Source of the DNA: Gammaproteobacteria bacterium
GTDB lineage: Bacteria; Pseudomonadota; Gammaproteobacteria; JABABF01
Direction of reading: 5' to 3'
NCBI GenBank assembly: GCA_965237805.1
Contig: OZ250153.1
Location: forward strand, 640,001 to 704,000
DNA length: 64,000 nucleotides
In this document: in pieces, positions 41,699-51,279 of the stretch
Numbering within the stretch: position 1 is the first letter of the stretch
Layout of the letters: the number at the start of each line of letters is the position of its first letter
Position numbers and translations under genes: made by a program
Notes under the pieces: model-generated
What the model was told of the DNA's origin: nothing
Seen by the model: the letters and a program-made list of their open reading frames with translations, nothing else
Database searches by the model: none

Positions 41699-42181
41699 AT
41701 GGCATCGGGACAGGGCAGCGTCAATCGCGTCATCTTGATCGGCAACTGCGGGCGCGAGCCCGAGGCGCGTTCATTGCCATCCGGCGACACCGTCACCAAT
41801 ATACGGCTCGCCACCAACGAATTCTGGAAAGACCGCCAGAGCGGCGAGCGGCGAGAGCGTACCGAATGGCACTCGCTGGTGTTCTTCGGGCGAACGGCGG
41901 AAGTGGCTCGCGATTACCTGCGGAGCGGCTCCAAGATCTATATCGAGGGTAGCCTGCGCACCCGCAAATGGGAAAAGGACGGTGTCGATCGCTACTCCAC
42001 CGAAATCGTCGTCGACCAGATGACCATGCTCGACCGCAAAGCAGATGCTGGCAGCGCACCCCCCCCGGCGGGGTCGGGTGACAGTCGCTATGATGCGCCC
42101 CCGGCGGCGGCACAGCAAGGCGGTGGCAGCAGTGCGCCACCAGCCGCAGATGCCATAGAAGATGACGATATTCCCTTCTAA
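41699..42181 (+). CDS. ssb: Single-stranded DNA-binding protein
   Basis: VNRVILIGN, ERTEWH, YIEGSLRTRKW, DDDIPF tail. Confidence 0.98.
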   Translation: MASGQGSVNRVILIGNCGREPEARSLPSGDTVTNIRLATNEFWKDRQSGERRERTEWHSLVFFGRTAEVARDYLRSGSKIYIEGSLRTRKWEKDGVDRYSTEIVVDQMTMLDRKADAGSAPPPAGSGDSRYDAPPAAAQQGGGSSAPPAADAIEDDDIPF

Positions 42182-42333
42182 CAGCCCCCGGATGCAAGCG
42201 GCACTGCGCGACAGTGCGATAGATAGCCGGTAGCCCGACCGGGCTACGACACTCAGAACGTGCTCAGCACATCCGCATCGACTGTGGACACACGACGCAT
42301 GCAAGCGGCGCAGCCCGCTCTGCGAGACGCGCT

Positions 42334-43035
42334 TCAGCCCCAGCAATAGCGGCGGGTGGAGAAGGCGTCTATCTTGTCAAAGTCGATAAAACGCTCGCAG
42401 CTTGCCATCATCTGCCCCTGATGGCGCTGGCAGCGCTCGGGGTCGCCTGCGGCATCATAGAAGGCCTCCCAGCTGGTCATCGCCGCCTCGGGGAAACCCT
42501 CTTCGACGATAGCATCGTAGTGCGGAGCCGCGTAGGTCACGGGACGCACGACCACATTCTGTACATAGAGGAAAGTCGATTGGGTGTCGATCGCCACCTG
42601 GGTGTGCGAACCCTGCCAGACATCGAGCCAATCTTCGTGGGCGAGGCGCGACGGACGTCCCAGCATCACCACTTGGGCGAAGCCCGCCATACGCTCACCG
42701 TCAGCGCTCGGCTGCTCGGTATTGACGATGGGCATCGATTCGGTAACCAGATAGCCAGCAATGCGCAACACCACTTTTTCTAGCACCTCCTCGACCGCTC
42801 CCTTGTCTTGCTGAGCGGCGTTGACCCACACCGAGATGACCCCATAGGGACGGGGCTTAGTGTGGATTTGCAGCATCGGATCGGCCGGGCGGACGGTCTC
42901 GTCGACGGTATTCAACTGCAGCTTGGGAAGCTCGAGCGCCAGCAGGTCTGGCACGGCCTCCTCGCGCAAACGCTTGGCAAAATCGTCGCGCGCCTCGGCG
43001 GGATTACGCCATAAGAAGTAGATTAACTTTTCCAT
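42334..43035 (-). CDS. EthD-domain (dimeric alpha-beta barrel) protein
   Basis: Two EthD-like repeats: MEKLIYFL..; L.RPSRL....W...W...HT..A...Q.TF.YVQNVV, DAIVEE.FP. Confidence 0.8.
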   Translation of the reverse strand: MEKLIYFLWRNPAEARDDFAKRLREEAVPDLLALELPKLQLNTVDETVRPADPMLQIHTKPRPYGVISVWVNAAQQDKGAVEEVLEKVVLRIAGYLVTESMPIVNTEQPSADGERMAGFAQVVMLGRPSRLAHEDWLDVWQGSHTQVAIDTQSTFLYVQNVVVRPVTYAAPHYDAIVEEGFPEAAMTSWEAFYDAAGDPERCQRHQGQMMASCERFIDFDKIDAFSTRRYCWG

Positions 43036-43098
43036 TTGAGTACTACGATCAAGCGATTTGTGGAAGCCATCTTAGTACCGAGGCCAGCCGCGGTGCCG

Positions 43099-44052
43099 TC
43101 AAGCACCGAAACGGTGGCGACCACGACCGCGGGGTCCCCCATCCGGTGCGCCTCTGCGTCCCCGCCGCCACCGCTGGCGCGGCTGCGCCGCTCTCGGCAC
43201 GGCATCGCGCAACAGGAAACGCAACTGGCCCAACGCACCAAAATCCGCCGTGTAGAAGCCGTCGCTCGTGGCCGGGACCAGCGGGCCGAGCGCGCCACTC
43301 AGCAATAGCTGGCCGCGCCGCAGCGGCCAGCCTGCCGCCAAAACGCGGTTCGCCAGCCACATCCCCGCATGCCATGGGGAACCCATCGTGGCAGTGCCGG
43401 TGCCAGCAGCCAACTCGAGCCCGTCGCGGCGCAGCACGACGCGCAGGCTATCGAGCTGCAAGCTGCCGACGCTGTACGGCGTACCGATGAAGAAGTGGCG
43501 CAACGCCACATTGCTGGCGATCAGGTCATAACCGCTAAAGTCGCTGGACTCAAAGCCGAGATCCGGCACTTCCACCGCTGGTGCCACAGCACTGACTGCG
43601 GCCCGGAATTCGGCCACTGTCTTGAATGGCTGCGCGACATCGCGCCCCAAGATCAGCACCAGCTCGAGCTCTATCATCGCCCGCCTATAGCGCTGCGCTG
43701 GCACGATAAAGTGTCCCCCCGCTACCGCGCGCAGCCGCGAGCGACCAGACAACACGCCGAATACCGGCTCGCTCAGGGCGAAGCGCTCCGGAGCCCCGGG
43801 GGCAGTCAACCCCGCCTTGAAACCGATCAGCTCGTCATCGCGCAACAGGCGCTCCACACGCCGCCGCTGGGCGAGATAGGGATCGACTCCCGTCGCGGCG
43901 CGCACCACCGGCCACGGTGGCGGCGAACTCCGCACTGCCCGCAGCTGATGATGGGACGGGTGCTGAACCGAGCCATGCCCGCGCCAAGGCCGATGCGAGT
44001 GGCAAGCGGCGAGCGCTGTCACTGCGCAACACAGCACGACACCGACACGCAT
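43099..44052 (-). CDS. Fumarylacetoacetate-hydrolase family 2-keto-4-pentenoate hydratase-like protein with possible lipoprotein signal
   Basis: YLAQ, GFKAGLT, EPVFGVL, IELEL, PAVEVPD, IASN, WLAN, LLSGAL; N-terminal MRVGVVLCCAVTALAA|C. Start uncertain. Confidence 0.78.
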   Translation of the reverse strand: MRVGVVLCCAVTALAACHSHRPWRGHGSVQHPSHHQLRAVRSSPPPWPVVRAATGVDPYLAQRRRVERLLRDDELIGFKAGLTAPGAPERFALSEPVFGVLSGRSRLRAVAGGHFIVPAQRYRRAMIELELVLILGRDVAQPFKTVAEFRAAVSAVAPAVEVPDLGFESSDFSGYDLIASNVALRHFFIGTPYSVGSLQLDSLRVVLRRDGLELAAGTGTATMGSPWHAGMWLANRVLAAGWPLRRGQLLLSGALGPLVPATSDGFYTADFGALGQLRFLLRDAVPRAAQPRQRWRRGRRGAPDGGPRGRGRHRFGA

Positions 44053-44111
44053 GCTGGGTGCGAAGATGCCGCCATCTCGTGCCCTAGCGGTGGCAGCTCG
44101 CACCACTGCCC

Positions 44112-44846
44112 TCAGCGCAATACCCATAGACAATCCATCTCCCACCACCCATCAGGGACTTCCCTGCGCTGCCATTTGCCACCTCGGAACTCCCCGGATC
44201 CCTCAAAGCGGTAGTTTGTGTCCAACAATTGTTTGAATGCGCTCAAGCTATTGTCTGGCAAGTCGTAGCAATTACCGTACTCGTCTTTGGTCACCTCACA
44301 ACAGATGCTGCCAATTCGACGCGACTCGATAAGCGGCTGTAGGGTGCGCAACACCGTCAAATCCATGCCTTGGATATCGCTAATATAGCTATCTATGGCA
44401 TCGATGTTCTCGCGCTGCACAAAATGGATTAAATTGAGGCAAGGCACCCTGATTGTTCGAAGCATCTCTAGTAGCGGCTCAGCTGCATCTTGTCTGTGTC
44501 TGATAAGATCTTCGGTGAATTGGCCAATAGACGAAGACCCGCCGGCGCAATTACTAATATGAAAATCTATGGTGCCATCGTGGTCGCTAAGGGCGTAATT
44601 CAAAACCTGCACGCTGGGGCACAAGCAATATAAACTGACAAGTGAGGAGGCCAGTTCTGGATCTGCCTCAAAAAGGTAACTCTTTTTATAGCGATGAGTC
44701 AGCTGGGTACAACTATCCCCACGGTGTGCACCGCAATAGACCAGTACGTTTTTTTGCTCTCCGGCCCTCCAGTAACGCCACTGCAGATGTCGCACCCCCA
44801 GGTAGAGCCATTGCTTGAGCGACATGAGTGAGGGGAAGTGAGCCAT
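44112..44846 (-). CDS. FkbM-family SAM-dependent methyltransferase
   Basis: YCGAHRG, FEADP, NYALSD.DG, DIQG.DL.VL; low GC; ATG overlaps the fadD stop (TGATG). Confidence 0.8.
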   Translation of the reverse strand: MAHFPSLMSLKQWLYLGVRHLQWRYWRAGEQKNVLVYCGAHRGDSCTQLTHRYKKSYLFEADPELASSLVSLYCLCPSVQVLNYALSDHDGTIDFHISNCAGGSSSIGQFTEDLIRHRQDAAEPLLEMLRTIRVPCLNLIHFVQRENIDAIDSYISDIQGMDLTVLRTLQPLIESRRIGSICCEVTKDEYGNCYDLPDNSLSAFKQLLDTNYRFEGSGEFRGGKWQRREVPDGWWEMDCLWVLR

Positions 44847-46441
44847 CAGCTGTCTGCGCTGTCGACAGCGACTGCGGACCACTCACGCAACTGGTTCTTG
44901 AGCACTTTGCCAGCGGCGTTCAGCGGCAGAGCCTCGCACAGCCGCACCGAACGCGGCACTTTATAGTTAGCGAGGCGCTCGCGACACCACGCGATCAACT
45001 CCCGCTCATCAATCTCTGCCCCTAGCGTCGGCACCACCCACAGCTGCGCGACCTCGCCGAGGCGCTCGTCTGGCACGCCGATAACCGCCGCGTGGGTAAT
45101 GTCGCGCCGCTCGCCCAGCGCATTTTCGATCTCGGCCGGATAGCAGTTGAAGCCACCGCAGATGAACATATCCGTGATGCGGTCGGTGATGCGGATGTAG
45201 CCGCGCTGATCCATCACCGCTACATCGCCGGTGGCGAGCCAACCCTCGGCGTCGATCGCCGCCGCTGTCGCCTCGTCATCCTCGAAATAGCCACGCATGA
45301 CATTGAAGCCGCGCACCAACAGTTCGCCCGGCTCGCCGCTCGGCACATCGTTTCCCGCCGCGTCCACACAGCGCAGCTCGACGCCCGGTATGGCCTTGCC
45401 AGCAGTGGTGGCGATGGTCTGTGGGTCGTCGTCGGCATCGCAGATGGTGGCGCAGCCGCAGCTCTCCGTCAGGCCATAGCCAGTGACCACCGAGGAGAAG
45501 CCGAGCTCGTCGCGGATACGTCGCACCAGCTCCTCGGGCACCGACGCCGCGCCGGTGACAGCCAAGCGCAGGCTCGACAAGTCGACCTCGGTGCGCCGGG
45601 GATGCGCCAACAGCGATTGATAGATGGTCGGCGGGCCGGGTAGCATCGTCACCCGCTGCGCGGCGATGCGGTGCAACACCTCGTCCGGGTCAAAATGCAA
45701 CACTGGCAGAATGCGACAGCCCCGGATCAGCGAGGCCAGCCAGCCAGCTTTGTAACCGAAAGCGTGGAAAAAAGGAGCGATGATCAGATAGTTATCCTCC
45801 TCGCTCAGGCCCACAGTACGGCTCCAAATATCATAGACACGCAGGTTCTGAGCATGGGCGCTGAGCACACCCTTGGACTTGCCAGTGGTGCCCGAAGTGA
45901 ACATCAGATCCAGCAAATCCTCCCCGCTTGCACGCACGAGGCGATGCTCGAGTTCAGTGGCAGCAGCCACGCCAGCGGCATCGCCGTCGGCGAGGAAATG
46001 CTCCCAGTCTGAGCATCCCGGTGCCGTGCCGTTCAACAGAATGCGCTCGCGCAGCTGCGGCAGCTCCTGATCACGCAACATGCCGAGGTAGTCGATGTCG
46101 AGAAAGTCGGTGACTGTGAACAGCAACCGCGCCTTGCTGCGGCGCAGGATCCAGCCCGCCTCGGCACCCTTGAGCCGGGTATTGAGCGGCACCAGCAGGC
46201 CGCTGGCCAACTGCACGCCGAGGGCGGCGATGATCCACTGCCATCGGTTCGGTGCCCAAATGGCGGCGCACTCGCCGGGCTCCAAGCCAGCGGCGATGCA
46301 GGCACGTGCAGCGCGGTGAGCGGCCTCGCGCAGCGCGATGTAGCTGAATTGTTGCGCACCGTCCTCAATGGCAATCCGCGCGCCATGCCGTTGCGCCGAC
46401 CGCTCAAGCAAGGCGGCAATGGTCGGCGGCGTGTCACTCAT
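44846..46441 (-). CDS. FadD3-family acyl-CoA ligase
   Basis: MFTSGTTGKSKG, PFFHAFGYKAG, YGLTE, TGD, DR..DMFICGGFNCYPAEIE, LANYKVPR, NAAGKV. Confidence 0.88.
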   Translation of the reverse strand: MSDTPPTIAALLERSAQRHGARIAIEDGAQQFSYIALREAAHRAARACIAAGLEPGECAAIWAPNRWQWIIAALGVQLASGLLVPLNTRLKGAEAGWILRRSKARLLFTVTDFLDIDYLGMLRDQELPQLRERILLNGTAPGCSDWEHFLADGDAAGVAAATELEHRLVRASGEDLLDLMFTSGTTGKSKGVLSAHAQNLRVYDIWSRTVGLSEEDNYLIIAPFFHAFGYKAGWLASLIRGCRILPVLHFDPDEVLHRIAAQRVTMLPGPPTIYQSLLAHPRRTEVDLSSLRLAVTGAASVPEELVRRIRDELGFSSVVTGYGLTESCGCATICDADDDPQTIATTAGKAIPGVELRCVDAAGNDVPSGEPGELLVRGFNVMRGYFEDDEATAAAIDAEGWLATGDVAVMDQRGYIRITDRITDMFICGGFNCYPAEIENALGERRDITHAAVIGVPDERLGEVAQLWVVPTLGAEIDERELIAWCRERLANYKVPRSVRLCEALPLNAAGKVLKNQLREWSAVAVDSADS

Positions 46442-47136
46442 AGCCGCCCCACTCCACGCAGCTGCTCCGTCTGCAGGCCTGATCGCATAATCGACGGGGC
46501 ATCTGGGCGCACTAATAGGAAGCTCGCATACCACGCGATGATCGAGAGCGTCAGCCACCACTGGTAGGATTTGTTGTACAACTCGGGCAGCAACAGCTTG
46601 GTGCCGAGATAGGATGCCAACACCACGATCTGCGCGATATGCAGGGCGAGGCGCAGATAGACGGCACGCAGTTCATCGTGCCGACGTAGCCCCCAATTGA
46701 TACGACAGTACATGAACTGGGCGACCACCATCAAGCCGAAGAAGCTATTGGCGCAGATGGTGTGTAGATGCCACGCCGTCTGCTGCTCGCCTTGAATCAG
46801 CGCAGTGGAGGCGAGCAGGAACACGCAGGCGGTGATGCCCAGCGCAGCGATACGCTGCAACTGCTTGCGGTTGCCGCCGAGCTGCTCGAGCCGCTGGCAC
46901 AGACAGTAGAAAAGCAAGGCCATGCAGGCCGCCGTCGGCATCAGCAAAAAACGGAATAGATAAGAGGCTGGCGGATAAAGGGCCGTGTGGGTGATATCGG
47001 TGCAGCCGTGGATCAGCGGCAAGCACCAAGGAACATGGCCGTGCAGCACTGAGATCAGATAGGTGGCGGCAAACAGCAAGGGCGGCACCAGCACCGTGAA
47101 CAGCAACAGCGGAAAAATATTGATACAGCTGATCAT
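46438..47136 (-). CDS. Six-TM membrane protein (Frag1/DRAM-like), unknown function
   Basis: GHVPWC.P.I.GC..I, LH...A..FF; stop overlaps the fadD3 start. Confidence 0.7.
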   Translation of the reverse strand: MISCINIFPLLLFTVLVPPLLFAATYLISVLHGHVPWCLPLIHGCTDITHTALYPPASYLFRFLLMPTAACMALLFYCLCQRLEQLGGNRKQLQRIAALGITACVFLLASTALIQGEQQTAWHLHTICANSFFGLMVVAQFMYCRINWGLRRHDELRAVYLRLALHIAQIVVLASYLGTKLLLPELYNKSYQWWLTLSIIAWYASFLLVRPDAPSIMRSGLQTEQLRGVGRL

Positions 47137-47599
47137 TGATGAACTGAGCGCCCCAAAGCGGCACTGCGCAACGGCACCAGACACTGAGTGCTGATGTCAA
47201 ATTGTAACAAATAGCCATCACACGACTCCTCCGGAGAGCATCACCGTAGCGGAACGGACGCTGGCCGACCAGCGCTACCCAATGAATCAAATCACCGACA
47301 TCAGCAACTGATTTAGCGCTTGACCCAGCGCTGGTGCAAGGCCAATGTAGGCACTGATAAACAACGCAGTACAACGAGTCGAGACAGTGAAGCTCAGCGC
47401 ACATTGCCACAGAGCAGGATATGCCATCTACAAGGGAATCGCCACCATCTGGCAACAGTGGCAAACGACCGGGCGCAGGGCAGCAGCCATCCCAGCGACG
47501 GCTCATCACCCCCGCTGGTGGAATCAGCGCCAGTGCTCTGAGGTACGGGAACCCACCACACGCAACCCACCGACAGGAAGGATACAAGCAGCAACACCA

Positions 47600-47863
47600 A
47601 AACTGGGCTGTGCCGAGCGAGGCGGGCGCAAGCTCGGGGACTGGCAGCGGCGCGTGTTGCGCTACTGCGTAGCGGGCCCCGCGACCGGGAGGGAGTTGCT
47701 GGTGGTCGCCGGTTACGCCCAGCGCACAGGCAACTTCAAGCGTGGGCTACTCAAATTACGCGGGCTGGAGCTACTGGAGTTCAGCATCCCAGACCAACCG
47801 CGCAGCAAGCGACAACGCTACCGGCTGACGCTGCGGGGGCAGCAATATTTGGCGCGGCAATGA
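47600..47863 (+). pseudogene. Isolated C-terminal winged-helix of Fic-family/RecG-like regulators (remnant or stand-alone)
   Basis: REL...GY..RT.NF...L..L...ELLEFSIPDQPRSKRQRYRLT..G matches the IPDKPxSxxQxYRLT tail. The upstream part of ORF 47387-47863 is not protein-like; 5' boundary approximate. Confidence 0.6.
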
Positions 47864-47956
47864 GTGCTGGCACAGCCACTGTGGGCAAGCAAGAAGTGCG
47901 GGGGCCGAGCCGACGCGCGCACTCGCTATCAATCAACGCGACAGCTCGCGTCTAGC

Positions 47957-49615
47957 TCAGGGACGGCACAAGCCCCCAGTCAACAACCAAGGATCGCAGT
48001 CGTAGATCAACCGCCCGCGCTCGCCGTGCAGATAATCGAGCAGGCGCATGGCTCGGGGCGGCGGCATACCCGGGGCTGGTGAGTCCTGCAAGGCTGCCAG
48101 CGGCTGTGGATAGTCAGCCCAGTCGAGCGGCGCATGCCAGCCCGGCGGTGCCATGATCTGGATGCGCGCACTACTGATCGGATGGCGGCTACGCCAGTAC
48201 CGAATCGCCTCCGCCATGGTCTGCGCTATATTGGGTTGCCGTCTGGCCAAGTTGTTGTACTCACTGGGATCATTGCGCAGGTCAAACAATTCGTTGAGGA
48301 TGTTGATGCTGGTCAGCTCGTGCTCGACAGACTGCACCAGCTTCCAGCGATCGCCGATCGCCGCCAGTGACAGCGAGCCGTAGATCGGAGTCTCGGCACC
48401 AACGATGAAGAGATCTGGATAAGGCACTGTCTCGCCATCGCGGATCGCCGCCCACAGATCGCGCCCATCCAAGTCCTTCTTATTGAGCGTGGGCACACTG
48501 GCTGCCGATGCCAAGGTCGGGAACACATCCATCATCGTCATCATCGAATTCCACTGCGTGCCGGGGGCTAGCTGACCCGGCCAGCTCAACATTGCCATGA
48601 CGCGGATGCCACCCTCGTAGGCATCGCCCTTGCCGCCGCGCAACGGACTGTTGTCGCCACCGCTGGCGGCACGCACTACTTCGCCACCGTTGTCGCTCAT
48701 GAACAACACGATGGTGTCATTGGCAACACCCTCAGCATCCAAGGCAAATAATACCTGCCCGATGGCCCGATCCAGCGCCTCCACCACAGCCGCATAGGTG
48801 GGCCGCTTGCTCCGGGCACCGCGCAAGGTTCCAAACTGGTTGATGCGATCAGACTGGCTACGCGACAGGCCGCGCCGATCGGGCAGATCGCGGTACTTGT
48901 CCAGCAAATCCGCCGGTGCCTCCAGCGGAGAATGCGGCGCGAGAAAAGGCAGGTAAAGGAAGAAGGGCTTCTTCTTGTCGCGGCGGCGAAGCCAACGCCG
49001 CGCCTCGGTCGACAACAGATAAGTCTCGTAGCCCTCATCGGTGATAGTGACACCGTTGCGCTGAAAATCGATGCCACCTTGATTGGAAAATGGCGGGAAG
49101 TAGCCGACCTCGGTGTGTAGGTGACCATAAAAATGATCGAAGCCGCGTGCGTTGGGGTGGAAAATCTGCTGCGAGTGTCCCAAATGCCACTTGCCAATGA
49201 TGGCTGTCTGATAGCCAGCAGCTCGGAAGCTCTCGGGCATGAGATGCTCATCGGTGTGGAGACCGTGATTGTGCCAAGGCAACAACGCTGTGTAGGCAAA
49301 ACCCAGCACCGCCGAATCGCGGCCAGTCAGCAGTGAAGCAAGGGACGGCGAGCAGAGCGGGGTGGTGTAGAAGCGCCGCAGTTCTACGCCTTCCTTGGCC
49401 AGACGGTCTAGTGCGGGCGTGTCGATGTCGCTGCCGCGGAAGCTGGCATCGGCCCAGCCCAAATCGTCGGCGACGATGAGCAGGACATTGGGTTGCTTGG
49501 CCTCCACCAGCGCCACTGGCACAAATAGCAGGCACAAGGATGCGAACAGAGACGATGCAAGCCGCAACCCCGGCCACCGTTCCGGGAACATCCTCATCGC
49601 CGCCATTGCAATCAT
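47957..49615 (-). CDS. Arylsulfatase B-like sulfatase (S1), variant motif CSPSL
   Basis: PNVLLIVADDLG, CSPSLASLLTG, GKWHLG, SDNGG, LRGGKG..YEGGIRV, ELFDL..DP.E; signal peptide. Confidence 0.92.
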   Translation of the reverse strand: MIAMAAMRMFPERWPGLRLASSLFASLCLLFVPVALVEAKQPNVLLIVADDLGWADASFRGSDIDTPALDRLAKEGVELRRFYTTPLCSPSLASLLTGRDSAVLGFAYTALLPWHNHGLHTDEHLMPESFRAAGYQTAIIGKWHLGHSQQIFHPNARGFDHFYGHLHTEVGYFPPFSNQGGIDFQRNGVTITDEGYETYLLSTEARRWLRRRDKKKPFFLYLPFLAPHSPLEAPADLLDKYRDLPDRRGLSRSQSDRINQFGTLRGARSKRPTYAAVVEALDRAIGQVLFALDAEGVANDTIVLFMSDNGGEVVRAASGGDNSPLRGGKGDAYEGGIRVMAMLSWPGQLAPGTQWNSMMTMMDVFPTLASAASVPTLNKKDLDGRDLWAAIRDGETVPYPDLFIVGAETPIYGSLSLAAIGDRWKLVQSVEHELTSINILNELFDLRNDPSEYNNLARRQPNIAQTMAEAIRYWRSRHPISSARIQIMAPPGWHAPLDWADYPQPLAALQDSPAPGMPPPRAMRLLDYLHGERGRLIYDCDPWLLTGGLCRP

Positions 49616-51279
49616 CAGTCCGGATCTGGACGACACAGGTGGCCGCTTTGCAAGTCGCAGTCGTAGATCAATCGCCCGCGCGCACCATGCGCGATATCCA
49701 GCGAGTTCAGCGCACGGGGCGGTGCCAAGCCGAGTGCTGGCTGCGCCTGCAGCTCGTCCAGCTGCCGTATGCTGTGACTCCAATCGCGCGGCGCACGCCA
49801 ACCCGGCGGCGGCATCAACTCGGTACGGGTGCCGCTGATCGGATAGCGGCTGCGCCACTGGTAGATCTCACGCTCCAAACGCTGTACGACAGCGGGGTGT
49901 TCAGCCGCCAAATCTGTCGCTTCATTGGGATCGGCGTGCATGTCGAAGAGCTCGTTGACGACCGTGATATGGTTCAATCCCTCGCGCACATGCTGCACCA
50001 ACTTCCAACGCTCCTCGATCGCCGCCAGCTCGATGGAGCCATGAATCGGCGTCTCGGAGCCGACGATAAAGCGCCCTTCGTGCGCCACCGCCTCAGATGT
50101 TTGAATCGCTGGCCACAAATTGCGCCCGTCCAGCTTGCGCTTGTTGCGCAACGGCACCTGAGCAGCTGCCGCCAGCGTCGGCATCACATCCATCACAGTC
50201 ATCATCGAATCCCACTGCGCGCCAGCCGGTACGTGACCCGGCCAACGCAACACGGCCATGACGCGGATGCCCCCCTCATAGGTGTTACCCTTGCCCCCGC
50301 GCAACGGGAAGTTCTCGCCGCCACTGGTGCTCCACACCACCTCGCCGCCGTTATCGCTCAAGAACAACACGATGGTGTCGTCGGCGATGCCCTCCTCATC
50401 CAGCGTGCCCAGCACTCGAGAGATCGCCTGATCCATCGCATCGACCACCGCCGCATACATCGACCGTTGAGTGGAGGCGAAGGAGAGTAAGCCCAAACGG
50501 TTGATGCGGTCTGCGGAGCTGCGCGAAGAATGGCGTTTAACCTTCATATCCCGATATTTCTCGACCAAGTCATCGGGGGCTTCCAGCGGTGAGTGCGGCG
50601 CGATAAAAGGCATATAGAGGAAGAAAGGCTTCTTCTTGTCGCGCTCGCGAATCCAGCGCTGCGCCTCGGCCGCCAACAGGAAGGTCTCGTAGCCGTCATC
50701 CTTGATGGTGATGCCATTGCGCTGAAAATCGATGCCCCCTTGGTTGGCAAAGGGCGGAAAATAACCGACCTCAGTGTGCAGATGGCCGTAGAAATCATCG
50801 AAACCGCGATTGTTGGGATGGAAGACCTGCTGCGAGTGCCCCAAGTGCCACTTGCCGACAATGGCGGTCTGATAACCGGCAGCGCGGAAGCTCTGCGGCA
50901 TGAAGTGCTCGTCCGTATGGATGCCGTGGTTGTGCCAAGGCATGATGACACCGTAGACGACACCGAGACGCACCGGGTCGCGACCGGTCATCAATGCGGC
51001 ACGGGTAGGCGAACAGATTGGCGTGGTATAGAAGCGGCGCAGATCGGTCCCCTCTTTGGCCAAGCGATCGATGCCCGGGGTGTCGATCTGGCTACCGCGG
51101 TAGCTGGCATCAGCCCAGCCCAAATCATCGGCCAAAAAGATGATGACATTGGGACGCGGCACTGCCCCCTCCGCCGGGAGAGGCGCGGCCAATAGTAACA
51201 ACAGCGGTAATAGGGAAAAGACTGGCAAGAATACTACTCTCAAATCAATCGCCACACAAGGATAGCACAGCGAAGCCAT
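49615..51279 (-). CDS. Arylsulfatase B-like sulfatase (S1), canonical motif CSPTR
   Basis: PNVIIFLADDLG, CSPTRAALMTG, GKWHLG, SDNGG; signal peptide. Start uncertain. Confidence 0.93.
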   Translation of the reverse strand: MASLCYPCVAIDLRVVFLPVFSLLPLLLLLAAPLPAEGAVPRPNVIIFLADDLGWADASYRGSQIDTPGIDRLAKEGTDLRRFYTTPICSPTRAALMTGRDPVRLGVVYGVIMPWHNHGIHTDEHFMPQSFRAAGYQTAIVGKWHLGHSQQVFHPNNRGFDDFYGHLHTEVGYFPPFANQGGIDFQRNGITIKDDGYETFLLAAEAQRWIRERDKKKPFFLYMPFIAPHSPLEAPDDLVEKYRDMKVKRHSSRSSADRINRLGLLSFASTQRSMYAAVVDAMDQAISRVLGTLDEEGIADDTIVLFLSDNGGEVVWSTSGGENFPLRGGKGNTYEGGIRVMAVLRWPGHVPAGAQWDSMMTVMDVMPTLAAAAQVPLRNKRKLDGRNLWPAIQTSEAVAHEGRFIVGSETPIHGSIELAAIEERWKLVQHVREGLNHITVVNELFDMHADPNEATDLAAEHPAVVQRLEREIYQWRSRYPISGTRTELMPPPGWRAPRDWSHSIRQLDELQAQPALGLAPPRALNSLDIAHGARGRLIYDCDLQSGHLCRPDPD

